NCBI GenBank assembly: GCA_003554865.1
Contig: PWHJ01000088.1
Coordinates: forward strand, 90,341-154,340
DNA: 64,000 nucleotides
DNA from: Bacteroidota bacterium
GTDB lineage: Bacteria; Bacteroidota; Bacteroidia; Bacteroidales; PUMT01
Reading direction: 5' to 3'
Numbering within the stretch: the first letter of the stretch is position 1; the number at the start of each line of letters is the position of its first letter. Below are positions 16,408 through 26,238 of this stretch, one piece after another. The notes under the pieces are model-generated. The model saw only the letters and a program-made list of their open reading frames with translations, made no database searches and was not told the DNA's origin. The position numbers and the translations under genes were made by a program.

Positions 16408-16421
16408 ACCGGAGAAAGCCA

Positions 16422-17141
16422 ATGAAAATGAAACTGAACCAGAGGGTTTTCAGGGTTGCTTTGACAGTTGCAGCCGTTTTTTTTCTTTCCGTTATTTCGG
16501 GATTTTCACAAAGAATTTATGTGAAAAATATCCCCGAGCATGATCAAAAGCCGCTCCATTTCGGATTTACTATAGGCTTGAATACGATGGACTTCCGGAT
16601 TTTGCCTTCCCGGTTTGCAGCGGAGAACTCACTAACCCCGGAAGTCAACAGGCTTAGTCCGGGTTTCAATATCAATGTTGTTTCCAATTTGAAGTTAACC
16701 GAATTTTTGGATTTCAGGGTATTGCCGGGAATATCTTTCGGGCAGAGGCAAATTGACTTTTACAGTGATACTGTGCTTGTCAACAGTCAGGAACTGGAGT
16801 CATCCTTTATTGAGATGCCCCTTATCTTAAAATATAAATCTGTCAGGATTAACAATTACCGTCCCTATGTTATAGGTGGAGTTAATTTCCGTTACGACCT
16901 GGCTAAAAATTTCAGCGAGGATGATCAGATTTTTCTCAAGCTGAAACCATTTGACACATATATTGAACTTGGTTTCGGTATTGACTTCTACCTGCCGTAT
17001 TTTAAATTTTCAACTGAGGTTAAATATTCCAGGGGCTTTTTCAATAAAATCGAATATGCTTCCAACAGCCAGCCTCAATTTCAAAACTCCATTGAGAGGC
17101 TTAATTCGAACCTTATTATCCTTTCTTTCCATTTTGAATAA
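16422..17141 (+). CDS. Outer-membrane beta-barrel protein, PorT/SprT-like
   Basis: 239 aa with a signal peptide (ALTVAAVFFLSVISGFSQ), alternating beta-strand pattern and a terminal aromatic residue (LSFHFE). Its size and the HFGFTIGLN...DFRI start resemble the T9SS-associated PorT family. The family assignment was not verified. Confidence 0.5.
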   Translation: MKMKLNQRVFRVALTVAAVFFLSVISGFSQRIYVKNIPEHDQKPLHFGFTIGLNTMDFRILPSRFAAENSLTPEVNRLSPGFNINVVSNLKLTEFLDFRVLPGISFGQRQIDFYSDTVLVNSQELESSFIEMPLILKYKSVRINNYRPYVIGGVNFRYDLAKNFSEDDQIFLKLKPFDTYIELGFGIDFYLPYFKFSTEVKYSRGFFNKIEYASNSQPQFQNSIERLNSNLIILSFHFE

Positions 17142-17235
17142 CGCCCGATTTTTCTATTTTACAGTCAGGGAACCCGTTTATGGTAGCTGTTGCCGGCATA
17201 ATACTAAAGGGTCGTATTGACAGGATACCACTGAC

Positions 17236-18003
17236 TTATTTGCATGGGTGCTTCCTTCGGAACTCTGAGATTATGATGGCTCCAGCAATCGCTACATTCA
17301 GAGATTCCGGCTTGTGATTTCCTGATATACAGGGAGGAATGGTGAGCCGTTGATCGGTTATTTCTTCAATTTCAGGTGAAATACCTTTTGACTCATTTCC
17401 AAGTACTATAAATCCTCTTTTGCTGAGGGGTTGATCATATACGCTGGCTCCTTCGCTAAAAGTGCCGTAAACAGGCATCCCCCTGTTTTCTGGCCTGCCG
17501 ATGAATGTTCTCAAATCCGTATAACCGGCCCTTATTCTAAAGATGCTTCCCATTGTGGCTTGCACAACTTTGGGATTGTAAATATCTGCACAGTTTTCGC
17601 TGCATATTATGCGAGCGATACCGAACCAGTCGCATAACCTTATAAGTGTACCCATATTCCCCGGATCCTGTATAGTATCCAGCAAAAGGGTGAGAGACTC
17701 TTTAAACTCTTCCTCAATTACATTGTTTCGGGGAATATGTGCCACGGCCACTACACGGTTGGGTGTTTTCAAAAGGCTCATCCGTTCGAGTGTTTTTGAA
17801 GATACACAGTAAGTATTGCCTGGGATTTCTCCTCTGTTCTCACTTATCCACTCACTTGTGGCGTATAAAGAGTGAACCTGGCGGGATGAGCCGATAAGCT
17901 CCTTAACAGCCTTATCTCCTTCAACAATGAATAACCCGTACCTGTATCTTTCTTTTTTTTCTTTCAGTGACCTTACAAACTTAATGGTATTTTTCCCCGG
18001 CAT
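17236..18003 (-). CDS. TrmH/SpoU-family RNA 2'-O-methyltransferase
   Basis: 255 aa. It has an N-terminal L30e-like substrate-binding region (FIVEGDKAVKEL) and C-terminal SPOUT motifs (DPGNMGTLIRL, LGNESKGIS, IPPCISGNHKPESLNVAIAGAI). Confidence 0.8.
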   Translation of the reverse strand: MPGKNTIKFVRSLKEKKERYRYGLFIVEGDKAVKELIGSSRQVHSLYATSEWISENRGEIPGNTYCVSSKTLERMSLLKTPNRVVAVAHIPRNNVIEEEFKESLTLLLDTIQDPGNMGTLIRLCDWFGIARIICSENCADIYNPKVVQATMGSIFRIRAGYTDLRTFIGRPENRGMPVYGTFSEGASVYDQPLSKRGFIVLGNESKGISPEIEEITDQRLTIPPCISGNHKPESLNVAIAGAIIISEFRRKHPCK

Positions 18004-18113
18004 TTTATTTTTTTTTATGAGAAATACGTATAATATACCTCCCGGCAGGTCAGTTATTATATTGCGGTTGCAATTTAATAAATTATTTTTGTTGAGGATT
18101 TTATTATAATATT

Positions 18114-20453
18114 TTGGGTATTTTAAAAGAACATATTTGCAGTAAAGCTTTGCCTTTGTTTTCCCTTCTGGTATTGCTGTTTGCTTTTTTTTCCTGCAGC
18201 CTTACCCGCCATGTCCCCGAGGATGAGCATCTGCTTGCAGGTAACAGGCTTAGGGTTGACAGCAGGGATGTTGACAGAGGTGAGCTCAGGGATTATATAA
18301 GGCAGGAGTCTAACAGCAGGATCCTTGGCTTCCCTTTTTACCTTATGCTCTATAGCATGTCAAACCAAGAAAAGGAGGGATGGCCTCATAGCTGGCTCAG
18401 AAACATAGGAGAGGAGCCTGTTGTATACGATCCTTATGAGAAAGACCGCTCGGTTCAGCATATAAAGCAGTATTTGAGAAACAAAGGTTTTTTCAATGCA
18501 CAGGTAGACGATACTGTCAGATTTAGCCGGCAAAGAGCCAGGGTTACATATAATGTGGAGGTTAATGAGCCTTACCGCCTGAGTAATGTAGAATATGATA
18601 TTGAAGATGAGTCGCTTGAGGATGTGGTTGCTGCAGACACCGCAAACTCTTTGCTCCGTGAGGGTGTTGTATTTGATGTTGATATGTTGCAGGAAGAGCG
18701 AAACCGTATTGAAGAATATCTGAAAAACCAGGGTTATTATAATTTCAATCGTGAATTTATATACTTTGAAGCTGATACAACAGTAGCTTCAAATAATGTG
18801 GACCTTACTGTCGGCATCAAAAAGTATTCCGAAAGGGACAATGAAGGCGAATACATATCTGTACCCCACAAGCAATACAATATTGATAACATTTACTATT
18901 ATACAGACTATAACCCCCGGGAGGCATTGTCACAACAGGAAGATTATTATAAGGGTTTTGATACCACCCTTTTCAGGGATATGCATTTTCTCTATAAAGA
19001 TGAACTTAAGATTGATCCGATGGTTATTGCTCAATCTTCCTTTATTTTGCCCGGTGAGCCTTACAGCAAGGAAGACGTGGATGAAACATACCGGCAACTC
19101 ATGTCCCTCCCCTATTACAGGGTTGTTAATATACGTTTCCGTGAAAAAGAATCTGCCGCCGGTAACGACACTTCTGCCAAGGGTAAGCTTGACTGTTATA
19201 TACAGCTTACTCCTTTTTCCAGACAGTCTTATACGGTTGAGGTTGAAGGAACCAATTCTTCGGGAGATTTCGGATTCGGAGGCAATTTGTCATACCAGCA
19301 CAAGAATTTTTTCGGCGGGGTGGAGGTTCTCGACCTTAGGCTTAAGGGATCGGTCGAGACCCTTCACGGCTATGAAGGAACGTCTCTTGACAATACCTAT
19401 GAGTATGGCCTTGAGGCTAATCTCCAATTCCCCGGTCTTTTGCCCAACTTTGGTTCGGTAACTATTGGCAGGGAATACAATCCGAAAACAAATTTTTCGA
19501 TGGCTTACAATTACCAGCAGAGGCCTGATTATACACGAACAGTTGCCAACCTTGGGTTAAGTTATGAATGGGAGGGATCAGAATATACTGAACACATACT
19601 TAGTCCGGCTGAATTTAATTTTGTCAAACTACCGGCATCTACTCCCGAATTTGATTCTTTAATATCGTTTTACAATTTGGAGGCAAGTTTCAGGGACCAT
19701 TTTATTCTGGAGGCCAATTACAGTTTTATATTCAATAATCAGGATGTAAGAAGAAGACGTGATTTTATTTATCTAAGGACCAATCTTGAAACAGGCGGTA
19801 ATGCCTTGGGTGCAATAGGGGGGCTTGGTGGACTTAAAAGTGAGAACGATACATATAATTTGCTTGGGAACCCTTTTGCCCAGTTTGTAAGATCGGACAT
19901 TGATTTTCGTTATTATAAGAAACTTAGCGGAGAGAATTCCCTTGTTGGCCGTATTTTTACAGGAGCCGGTGTGCCTTACGGCAATTCTGAGGCTTTGCCC
20001 TTTGAGAAAAAATATTTTTCCGGAGGAGCCAACAGTATAAGAGCCTGGCAGGTAAGAACCCTCGGTCCGGGTTCCTTTCACGATCCCGAAATTCGAGGCT
20101 TCCCCAACCGTACTGCTGACATTAAACTTGAGGCAAACCTGGAATACCGTTTTGATATGTTCTGGGTGCTGGAGGGAGCACTTTTCCTGGATGCCGGAAA
20201 TATATGGGCTGTAAACAAAAGTGACGGACGTGAGGGAGCTCTTTTCCGCTTTGACAGGTTCTATGATGAAATTGCAGTGGGGACGGGGTTCGGCACACGT
20301 TTTGATTTCTCCTTCATGTTGTTTCGCATTGATGCCGGACTCAAGCTGAGAGATCCTCAGGAGCCTTCCGGTGAACGCTGGATACCTTCAAACCGCGGTT
20401 TTTCTTTTCCCAATGATGTAACAGTCAACATTGGCATCGGATATCCATTTTAG
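18114..20453 (+). CDS. BamA/TamA-family outer-membrane protein (POTRA + Omp85 barrel), lipoprotein-type signal
   Basis: 779 aa from a TTG start. It has a signal with lipobox-like LLFAFFSC|S, POTRA-like repeats, and a C-terminal Omp85 barrel ending GIGYPF with an FSGGANSIRAW motif. It is divergent from the TrmH-type gene. Confidence 0.8.
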   Translation: MGILKEHICSKALPLFSLLVLLFAFFSCSLTRHVPEDEHLLAGNRLRVDSRDVDRGELRDYIRQESNSRILGFPFYLMLYSMSNQEKEGWPHSWLRNIGEEPVVYDPYEKDRSVQHIKQYLRNKGFFNAQVDDTVRFSRQRARVTYNVEVNEPYRLSNVEYDIEDESLEDVVAADTANSLLREGVVFDVDMLQEERNRIEEYLKNQGYYNFNREFIYFEADTTVASNNVDLTVGIKKYSERDNEGEYISVPHKQYNIDNIYYYTDYNPREALSQQEDYYKGFDTTLFRDMHFLYKDELKIDPMVIAQSSFILPGEPYSKEDVDETYRQLMSLPYYRVVNIRFREKESAAGNDTSAKGKLDCYIQLTPFSRQSYTVEVEGTNSSGDFGFGGNLSYQHKNFFGGVEVLDLRLKGSVETLHGYEGTSLDNTYEYGLEANLQFPGLLPNFGSVTIGREYNPKTNFSMAYNYQQRPDYTRTVANLGLSYEWEGSEYTEHILSPAEFNFVKLPASTPEFDSLISFYNLEASFRDHFILEANYSFIFNNQDVRRRRDFIYLRTNLETGGNALGAIGGLGGLKSENDTYNLLGNPFAQFVRSDIDFRYYKKLSGENSLVGRIFTGAGVPYGNSEALPFEKKYFSGGANSIRAWQVRTLGPGSFHDPEIRGFPNRTADIKLEANLEYRFDMFWVLEGALFLDAGNIWAVNKSDGREGALFRFDRFYDEIAVGTGFGTRFDFSFMLFRIDAGLKLRDPQEPSGERWIPSNRGFSFPNDVTVNIGIGYPF

Positions 20454-20604
20454 TTAAACTCACTGATGTTTTGCCGGAATTGTGTTTTATTGTTTTTAAT
20501 GTTTGACCTGTCATGGTCATTGACAATAAATTTATTTTCCTTAATTTTATGAATCCGCGGAAACGGAATTTAAAAATTGTATGTTTAACCAAAAAAATAT
20601 AGCC

Positions 20605-21663
20605 ATGTCAAACACTAAAATTATGGAATTGCTCGGGGAGAAAGCAGACTATCTTTTGAACCATGAGAGCAAAACCGTTAAAAAGGATCTGCTTCACGCA
20701 CCCGGTCCCGATTTTATTGATAGGGTAGTTGCCAGCTCAAACCGGAATCCTAAAGTTCACCGCTCCCTCCAGCAGATGTTCAATCACGGGCGTCTCGGAG
20801 GTACGGGTTATCTGTCAATTCTCCCCGTTGACCAGGGGATTGAGCATTCTGCCGGTGCTTCATTTGCACCCAATCCGATCTATTTTGATCCGGAGAATAT
20901 TGTAAAACTTGCAATTGAAGGGGGAGCAAATGCCGTGGCATCAACTTTCGGCGTCCTTGCATCAGTCTCCCACAAGTATGCCCACAAAATTCCTTTTATA
21001 GTTAAATTGAACCACAATGAGCTGCTTACATATCCCAACAAATACGACCAGATTATGTTCGGTTCGGTCGAAGAGGCATGGAACCTGGGTGCAGCTGCTG
21101 TGGGGGCTACCATCTATTTCGGTTCCCGGGAATCCTCAAGGCAGATTATTGAAGTAGCCGAGGCATTTGAGAGGGCTCATGAGTTGGGAATGGTTACAGT
21201 TCTTTGGTGCTATACCCGCAACAGTGAATTCAAAACAAAAGAGAAGGATTATCATGTAGCGGCCGATTTGACCTCACAGGCTAACCATCTGGGCGTTACC
21301 ATACAGGCCGATATAGTAAAGCAAAAGTTGCCCGAGACCAATGCCGGGTTTAAAGAGCTTAAGTTTGGAAAGACTCATGATAAAGTCTACAGCGAACTAA
21401 CAAGCGACCATCCTATTGATCTTTGCCGCTACCAGGTGGTAAATTGCTATATGGGAAGGACCGGACTTATAAATTCAGGTGGCGCTTCTTCGGGTGCTTC
21501 AGATATGGCTGATGCTGTCAGAACCGCTGTTATTAACAAAAGAGCCGGTGGTATGGGACTTATTACAGGAAGAAAAGCTTTCCAGAGACCCATGGAGGAA
21601 GGCGCCAAACTGCTTCAGGCAATTCAGGATGTATACCTATCGAAAGAAATTGGCCTGGCCTGA
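20605..21663 (+). CDS. fbaB: Class I fructose-bisphosphate aldolase (FbaB/DhnA type)
   Basis: Near-colinear similarity to E. coli FbaB as I recall it ([104 protein letters not shown]). The ATG at 20605 (MSNTK) is preferred over 20581. Confidence 0.93.
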   Translation: MSNTKIMELLGEKADYLLNHESKTVKKDLLHAPGPDFIDRVVASSNRNPKVHRSLQQMFNHGRLGGTGYLSILPVDQGIEHSAGASFAPNPIYFDPENIVKLAIEGGANAVASTFGVLASVSHKYAHKIPFIVKLNHNELLTYPNKYDQIMFGSVEEAWNLGAAAVGATIYFGSRESSRQIIEVAEAFERAHELGMVTVLWCYTRNSEFKTKEKDYHVAADLTSQANHLGVTIQADIVKQKLPETNAGFKELKFGKTHDKVYSELTSDHPIDLCRYQVVNCYMGRTGLINSGGASSGASDMADAVRTAVINKRAGGMGLITGRKAFQRPMEEGAKLLQAIQDVYLSKEIGLA

Positions 21664-21692
21664 TAAAATATTTGATCAATGATCTGAATGTA

Positions 21693-21726
21693 AAAGAACG
21701 GGGTAACCTCCTCGTTCTTTTTGTTT
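21693..21726 (+). terminator. Rho-independent terminator after fbaB
   Basis: Stem AAAGAACGGGG / CTCCTCGTTCTTT (about 11 bp including one G-U pair) followed by TTTTTGTTTTG. Confidence 0.6.
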
Positions 21727-21904
21727 TGTATAAGGGGGGGGATAAGGGGTCAATAACCTTGCATGTTGTTTTAAAAAGGGGGTGTGAGTTTATTTGTTTG
21801 TATAAACAAACATTTTTTATAATATTGTCAACTTTTAGGTTGAGCAAAATTAATTTCTATAATTTCAACTAATTATTCCTTTCAAAATTGTAAACCTTTA
21901 AATA

Positions 21905-23266
21905 ATGGCAAAAATTGATTTACCCCGTGAAAACTTTACAAGCAAGTTTGGTGTTATTGCAGCCGCCGCAGGTTCTGCTGTAGGATTGGGTAACATATGG
22001 AGGTTCCCCTATATTGCAGGCGAAAATGGTGGGGGAGCCTTTCTCCTTGTCTACCTTTTGTTTATTATAGCCATTGGTATGCCGGTCATGCTTTCAGAAT
22101 TTTCAATCGGGCGCAAGGCCCAGAGAAATGCTATCGGATCTTTTAAGAAGCTGGCTCCCGGCACGCCGTGGTATTTTGTGGGTGTTATAGGTGTGGCAGC
22201 AGCCTTTTTGATTCTTGCTTTTTACAGTACAGTTGCCGGGTGGACACTTGAGTATGTTGTCAAGTCAGCAACAGATTCATTTGCTGACAAAACCGGCGAT
22301 GAGATATCTCAACTTTTTGCAGCATTTCACACGGGTACTTTTTGGCCTCTCCTATGGCAGCTTATCTTTATGGGGGTAACGCTGGCTATTGTTATGGCCG
22401 GAATTAAAGACGGCATTGAAAGGTATGTAAAGATACTGATGCCGCTTCTTGTTCTTATGATCATTGTAATTTGCATTCGTTCTCTTACCCTCCCGGGTGC
22501 AGCTGAAGGGGTATCATACCTTTTCAGTCCCGATTTTTCCAGATTAACCACCGAAGGTGTTCTTGCCGCACTTGGCCAGGCTTTTTTCTCTCTGAGCCTC
22601 GGGATGGGCACTCTTATCACTTACGGTTCATATATCTCCAAGAAGGAAAAACTAGGCTCTACTGTTACGCAGGTAACCATTGCAGACACGGTTATTGCCA
22701 TGCTTGCCGGGATTGCAATTTTCCCGGCTGTATTTGCATTTGGTATTGCACCCGATGCGGGTCCCGGTCTGGTGTTTGAAACATTGCCAAATGTTTTCCA
22801 GGAAATGGCAGGAGGCTACTTTTTCGGGCTGATATTTTTTATTTTGCTTTCAATAGCTGCTCTTACATCCTCTATTTCCATACTTGAGGTGGTGGTTGCA
22901 TATATGAAAGAGGAGCTGAACATGACCCGCAGGAGCGCCTCTATATTTGCCGCCGCAATAATTACTCTGCTGGGGGTACTTTGTACCCTTTCCTTCGGGG
23001 TAATGCAGGAGGTTACCATATTTGAAACAAGGCTTTTCGATCTTATGGAATTTTCTGCTTCCGATGTTCTGCTTCCCATTGGCGGATTGCTGATAGTGCT
23101 TTTCATAGGCTGGTACCTTGGAGCGGCCAGAACCAGGGAGGAGGTCTCCAACGACAATTCGCTTAAGGTGAGATATTTCCCTGCCTACATGTTCCTTATT
23201 AAGTTTATAGCACCTGTTGCAATTGCAATTGTGTTTCTATACGGGATAGGATTATTGAATATTTAG
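21905..23266 (+). CDS. Sodium-dependent transporter, SNF/NSS family
   Basis: 453 aa. It has the AAAGSAVGLGNIWRFPY NSS signature and about 11-12 TM segments. Confidence 0.9.
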   Translation: MAKIDLPRENFTSKFGVIAAAAGSAVGLGNIWRFPYIAGENGGGAFLLVYLLFIIAIGMPVMLSEFSIGRKAQRNAIGSFKKLAPGTPWYFVGVIGVAAAFLILAFYSTVAGWTLEYVVKSATDSFADKTGDEISQLFAAFHTGTFWPLLWQLIFMGVTLAIVMAGIKDGIERYVKILMPLLVLMIIVICIRSLTLPGAAEGVSYLFSPDFSRLTTEGVLAALGQAFFSLSLGMGTLITYGSYISKKEKLGSTVTQVTIADTVIAMLAGIAIFPAVFAFGIAPDAGPGLVFETLPNVFQEMAGGYFFGLIFFILLSIAALTSSISILEVVVAYMKEELNMTRRSASIFAAAIITLLGVLCTLSFGVMQEVTIFETRLFDLMEFSASDVLLPIGGLLIVLFIGWYLGAARTREEVSNDNSLKVRYFPAYMFLIKFIAPVAIAIVFLYGIGLLNI

Positions 23267-23291
23267 TGGGCTTTGATCAATTAATATACCG

Positions 23292-24836
23292 ATGAAACGG
23301 TTAAAACTTTCCCTTTTTTTTGTTTTTTTTGCCTTGCCTCTTTTTGCCGGCCAGCAGGATCTCACTTTAGCCGATAGGATTGATAAGGGGTTTGAGCCTG
23401 TTGTGGAACAAATTGAAAAAATCCTTTTCTGGGATCCCATTTCAGCTCTTGGATTTAATATTGACGCTCATGTACCTTTTGTTGTAATGTGGCTTCTATT
23501 CGGGGGGATATTTTTCACCCTCCGGATGAAATTTGTCAATATCAGAGGGTTTCGTCATGCCGTCTCTTTTGTGAGGGGAAAGTACAGTAAATCTGATGAC
23601 AAAGGTGAGGTCTCCAGCTTCCAGGCGCTTGCAACTGCCCTTTCGGCTACGGTGGGACTGGGCAATATAGCGGGTGTTGCAATAGCCGTTTCTATCGGTG
23701 GGCCCGGGGCAACATTCTGGATGATTATTGCCGGATTTTTCGGTATGACACTTAAGTTTGCCGAGTGTACACTTGGAATGAAATACAGAAAGATCGATGA
23801 GAACGGGGTTGTTTACGGCGGACCGATGTATTATCTGAGGGATGCATTGGGTAAAAAAAAGGGGTTTCGCAGGCTGGGGAAGATACTGGCCCTGTTTTTC
23901 TCGGTTATGATCGTTATGGCCTCACTTGGGGGGGGTAATATGTTTCAGGCCAATCAGGCTTTTTCACAGGTTGTTTTTATGTTTCCTGCACTTGAACCCT
24001 ACGGGTTTCCTTTCGGTGTTCTTCTTGCCATTTTAGTGGGTGTTGTAATAATCGGTGGAATACGTAGTATTGCCCGTGTAACTTCCAGGGTAGTACCTTT
24101 TATGGGAATCCTTTATGTTATTACATGCCTGATAATCATCATAATTAATATTGCCGATATAGGTGTGGTGATCCGAATGATAGTGAGTGGTGCATTTTCA
24201 CCTGATTCCGTTGCGGGTGGTGTTATTGGTGCTATTATAGTGGGCATTCAGCGCGGTACTTTTTCCAGTGAAGCCGGAGTGGGCTCGGCGGCTATAGCCC
24301 ATTCCGCTGCCAGGGTGAAGGAGCCGGTGAGTGAAGGGATGGTTGCTCTGCTGGAACCATTCATTGATACTGTCGTGATATGCACAATGACCTCTATGGT
24401 TATAATTTTTACAGGCTTGTATCATAATCCCGGCGGACTTGAAGGTACGCAGCTAACATCGGCTGCTTTTGCAACTGTTTTCCCCTGGTACCCATATCTT
24501 CTTGGAGTAGCCATACTTCTTTTTGCTTTTTCTACAATGATCTCATGGTCATATTACGGACTTAAAGGCTTTGATTTTATTACCGGAAAGTTCTCCGAAA
24601 CTTTTTTCGGCTCCAGAAGGGTTTCGGCAATTTTTTATCAGATGGTTTTTCTTATATTTATTGTAATTGGTTCTTCCTCGGGAATGGGATCTGTTATAGA
24701 TTTTTCTGATATGATGCTTTTAACACTGGCTTTTCCCAATATAGCCGGACTGTTAATACTTGCCCCCGAGATCAGGAAGGATCTGAGCAGTTACATGAAA
24801 CGCCTGAAAGCCGGCGAGATCAAAAGGTACCGGTAA
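23292..24836 (+). CDS. Alanine/glycine:cation symporter (AGCS) family transporter
   Basis: 514 aa. SSFQALATALSATVGLGNIAGVA, GGPGATFWM and FSSEAGVGSAAIAHSAA are AGCS-family signatures. It has an unusual N-terminal signal-like extension. Confidence 0.88.
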   Translation: MKRLKLSLFFVFFALPLFAGQQDLTLADRIDKGFEPVVEQIEKILFWDPISALGFNIDAHVPFVVMWLLFGGIFFTLRMKFVNIRGFRHAVSFVRGKYSKSDDKGEVSSFQALATALSATVGLGNIAGVAIAVSIGGPGATFWMIIAGFFGMTLKFAECTLGMKYRKIDENGVVYGGPMYYLRDALGKKKGFRRLGKILALFFSVMIVMASLGGGNMFQANQAFSQVVFMFPALEPYGFPFGVLLAILVGVVIIGGIRSIARVTSRVVPFMGILYVITCLIIIIINIADIGVVIRMIVSGAFSPDSVAGGVIGAIIVGIQRGTFSSEAGVGSAAIAHSAARVKEPVSEGMVALLEPFIDTVVICTMTSMVIIFTGLYHNPGGLEGTQLTSAAFATVFPWYPYLLGVAILLFAFSTMISWSYYGLKGFDFITGKFSETFFGSRRVSAIFYQMVFLIFIVIGSSSGMGSVIDFSDMMLLTLAFPNIAGLLILAPEIRKDLSSYMKRLKAGEIKRYR

Positions 24837-24945
24837 GATCCCCGGTTAAAGATTTTTTATTTCCCTGCCGGTTTTTTTAATGAAGTATGTTGATTAAAAG
24901 AGGTTATTTTCGTATATTGTCTATTAGCAATTAAAAAACCGGCCA

Positions 24946-25815
24946 ATGTTGAAACCTTTTTTAAACGGCTATTTTACTTTTACCCGCGGTGAAAGAAGGG
25001 GGGTAATTGCACTGCTTTGTATACTTTTTCTGACGTTAACAGTGCCGCGCTTATACCTGATTTTATCCAAAAATGATAACAATGTGGAGAGTTTGGATAA
25101 AAGTGAGTTTTTCTTTTTTGCAGGGCAGCTGGAGGCTTCTAGCGATAAAGGGTTGAGAGATTCGCTTTTTTTTTTTGATCCCAATACCGCATCTGATAAA
25201 GATTTTGAAACCCTGGGGTTAAGTAGCAGGCAGATACGGAATATCAAAAATTACATCTCGGCCGGTGGAGTGTTTCGTTCAGCGGAAGATCTGCTGAGGA
25301 TGTATACAATAGATTCGTCTCTGTACGCTAACCTTGAGCCGTATATCCAAATAGGTTCCCAAAAACAACAAACAGGATTAATATTCGTTGAATCTGATGA
25401 AGGCAAGGCCATTGCTCCTGTTATTGAGGTTAATGATGCCGATGAAAACCTCTTGATGCAGCTCAAGGGAATTGGATCGGTTTATTCGACACGTATTGTA
25501 AATTACCGTAACCTGCTGGGAGGATATGTCTGCACCGGCCAATTGAGGGATGTATATGGAATTGATGAGGAGTTGTATTTAGAGATTGAGCCATATGTTT
25601 TTGCAGATACAGCAAAAATTGACAGGATAAATTTAAACACTGCTGAGTTTGGTTCTTTGCTAAGACATCCCTATTTGGATTACAATCAGGTAAGTGCAAT
25701 ATTTTCTTACCGTGATTCGGCAGGTTTGTTTTTGTCCGTTTGCGACCTTAACCTGCTGGAGCGGTTTTCACAGGAGGAGGTGGAGCGGGTAAGGCCGTAT
25801 TTGAGAGTAAAATAA
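24946..25815 (+). CDS. Membrane-anchored helix-hairpin-helix (ComEA-like) DNA-binding protein
   Basis: 289 aa with an N-terminal TM anchor and three HhH-like modules (DPNTASDKDFETLGL; VNDADENLLMQLKGIGSVYSTRIVNYR; INLNTAEFGSLLRHPYLD). Confidence 0.65.
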   Translation: MLKPFLNGYFTFTRGERRGVIALLCILFLTLTVPRLYLILSKNDNNVESLDKSEFFFFAGQLEASSDKGLRDSLFFFDPNTASDKDFETLGLSSRQIRNIKNYISAGGVFRSAEDLLRMYTIDSSLYANLEPYIQIGSQKQQTGLIFVESDEGKAIAPVIEVNDADENLLMQLKGIGSVYSTRIVNYRNLLGGYVCTGQLRDVYGIDEELYLEIEPYVFADTAKIDRINLNTAEFGSLLRHPYLDYNQVSAIFSYRDSAGLFLSVCDLNLLERFSQEEVERVRPYLRVK

Positions 25816-25928
25816 AAATGGTTTTTTGTAATATTTTTTGTAAATTTAACCACCAAGGGTTAATGCTAAAATATAAAGGCGAAGAATACGTTTTGAAAAA
25901 TGTTTTTTGATAAATTATTTATTAGTGA

Positions 25929-25936
25929 TAAATTTG
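25929..25936 (+). promoter_or_regulatory. Candidate -7 promoter box (TAAATTTG) for rpsU
   Basis: TAnnTTTG match 33 nt upstream of the rpsU ATG. Confidence 0.4.
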
Positions 25937-25968
25937 CCGTTTGTCTTACAAAAAAATAAATTAAAATT

Positions 25969-26160
25969 ATGATAGTTGTACAGTTGAAGGAAGGCGAAAA
26001 TATTGAAAGGGCTTTAAAGAGATTTAAAAGAAAATTTGAGAAAACGGGTGTTGTAAAAGAGCTGAGAAATCGTCAGGCTTACGTTAAGCCGTCGGATCGC
26101 CGCAGGGAACAGATAAAAAAGGCGAAATATATTGAAAGTTTGCAGCGTGAGGAAGAGTAA
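25969..26160 (+). CDS. rpsU: 30S ribosomal protein S21
   Basis: 63 aa. The sequence IERALKRFKRKFEKTGVVKELRNRQAYVKPSDRRR is canonical S21. Confidence 0.95.
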   Translation: MIVVQLKEGENIERALKRFKRKFEKTGVVKELRNRQAYVKPSDRRREQIKKAKYIESLQREEE

Positions 26161-26238
26161 GCATTAGCCATTCCCGCTGCTGAACTAGTTATTTGTGTTA
26201 GATTTCCCCCGTCCGGACTATTCAATTTCCCTGTATTT

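Noticed and set aside
18796-19461. 221-aa + strand ORF in an alternative frame of the BamA/TamA-family gene
   Set aside because: It is fully nested in a frame with clear Omp85/POTRA signatures. The alternative translation has no motifs, so I treat it as a frame artefact.
20504-20519. TGACC-N6-GGTCA palindrome flanked by TTGAC repeats upstream of fbaB
   Set aside because: The 5-bp arms are short and could arise by chance. It matches no regulator consensus I recognise, so I did not call it a site.
21563-21872. Two overlapping 66-94-aa ORFs in the fbaB / SNF-transporter spacer
   Set aside because: They overlap the fbaB terminator and the G-tract region on both strands. Their sequences are low-complexity, with no start context or motifs.
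21664-23291. Glycine or other amino-acid riboswitch ahead of the SNF and alanine/glycine symporter genes
   Set aside because: I read both upstream regions for glycine-riboswitch core elements (GGAGAG...CACCG type) and found none. The gap before the AGCS gene is only 25 nt.
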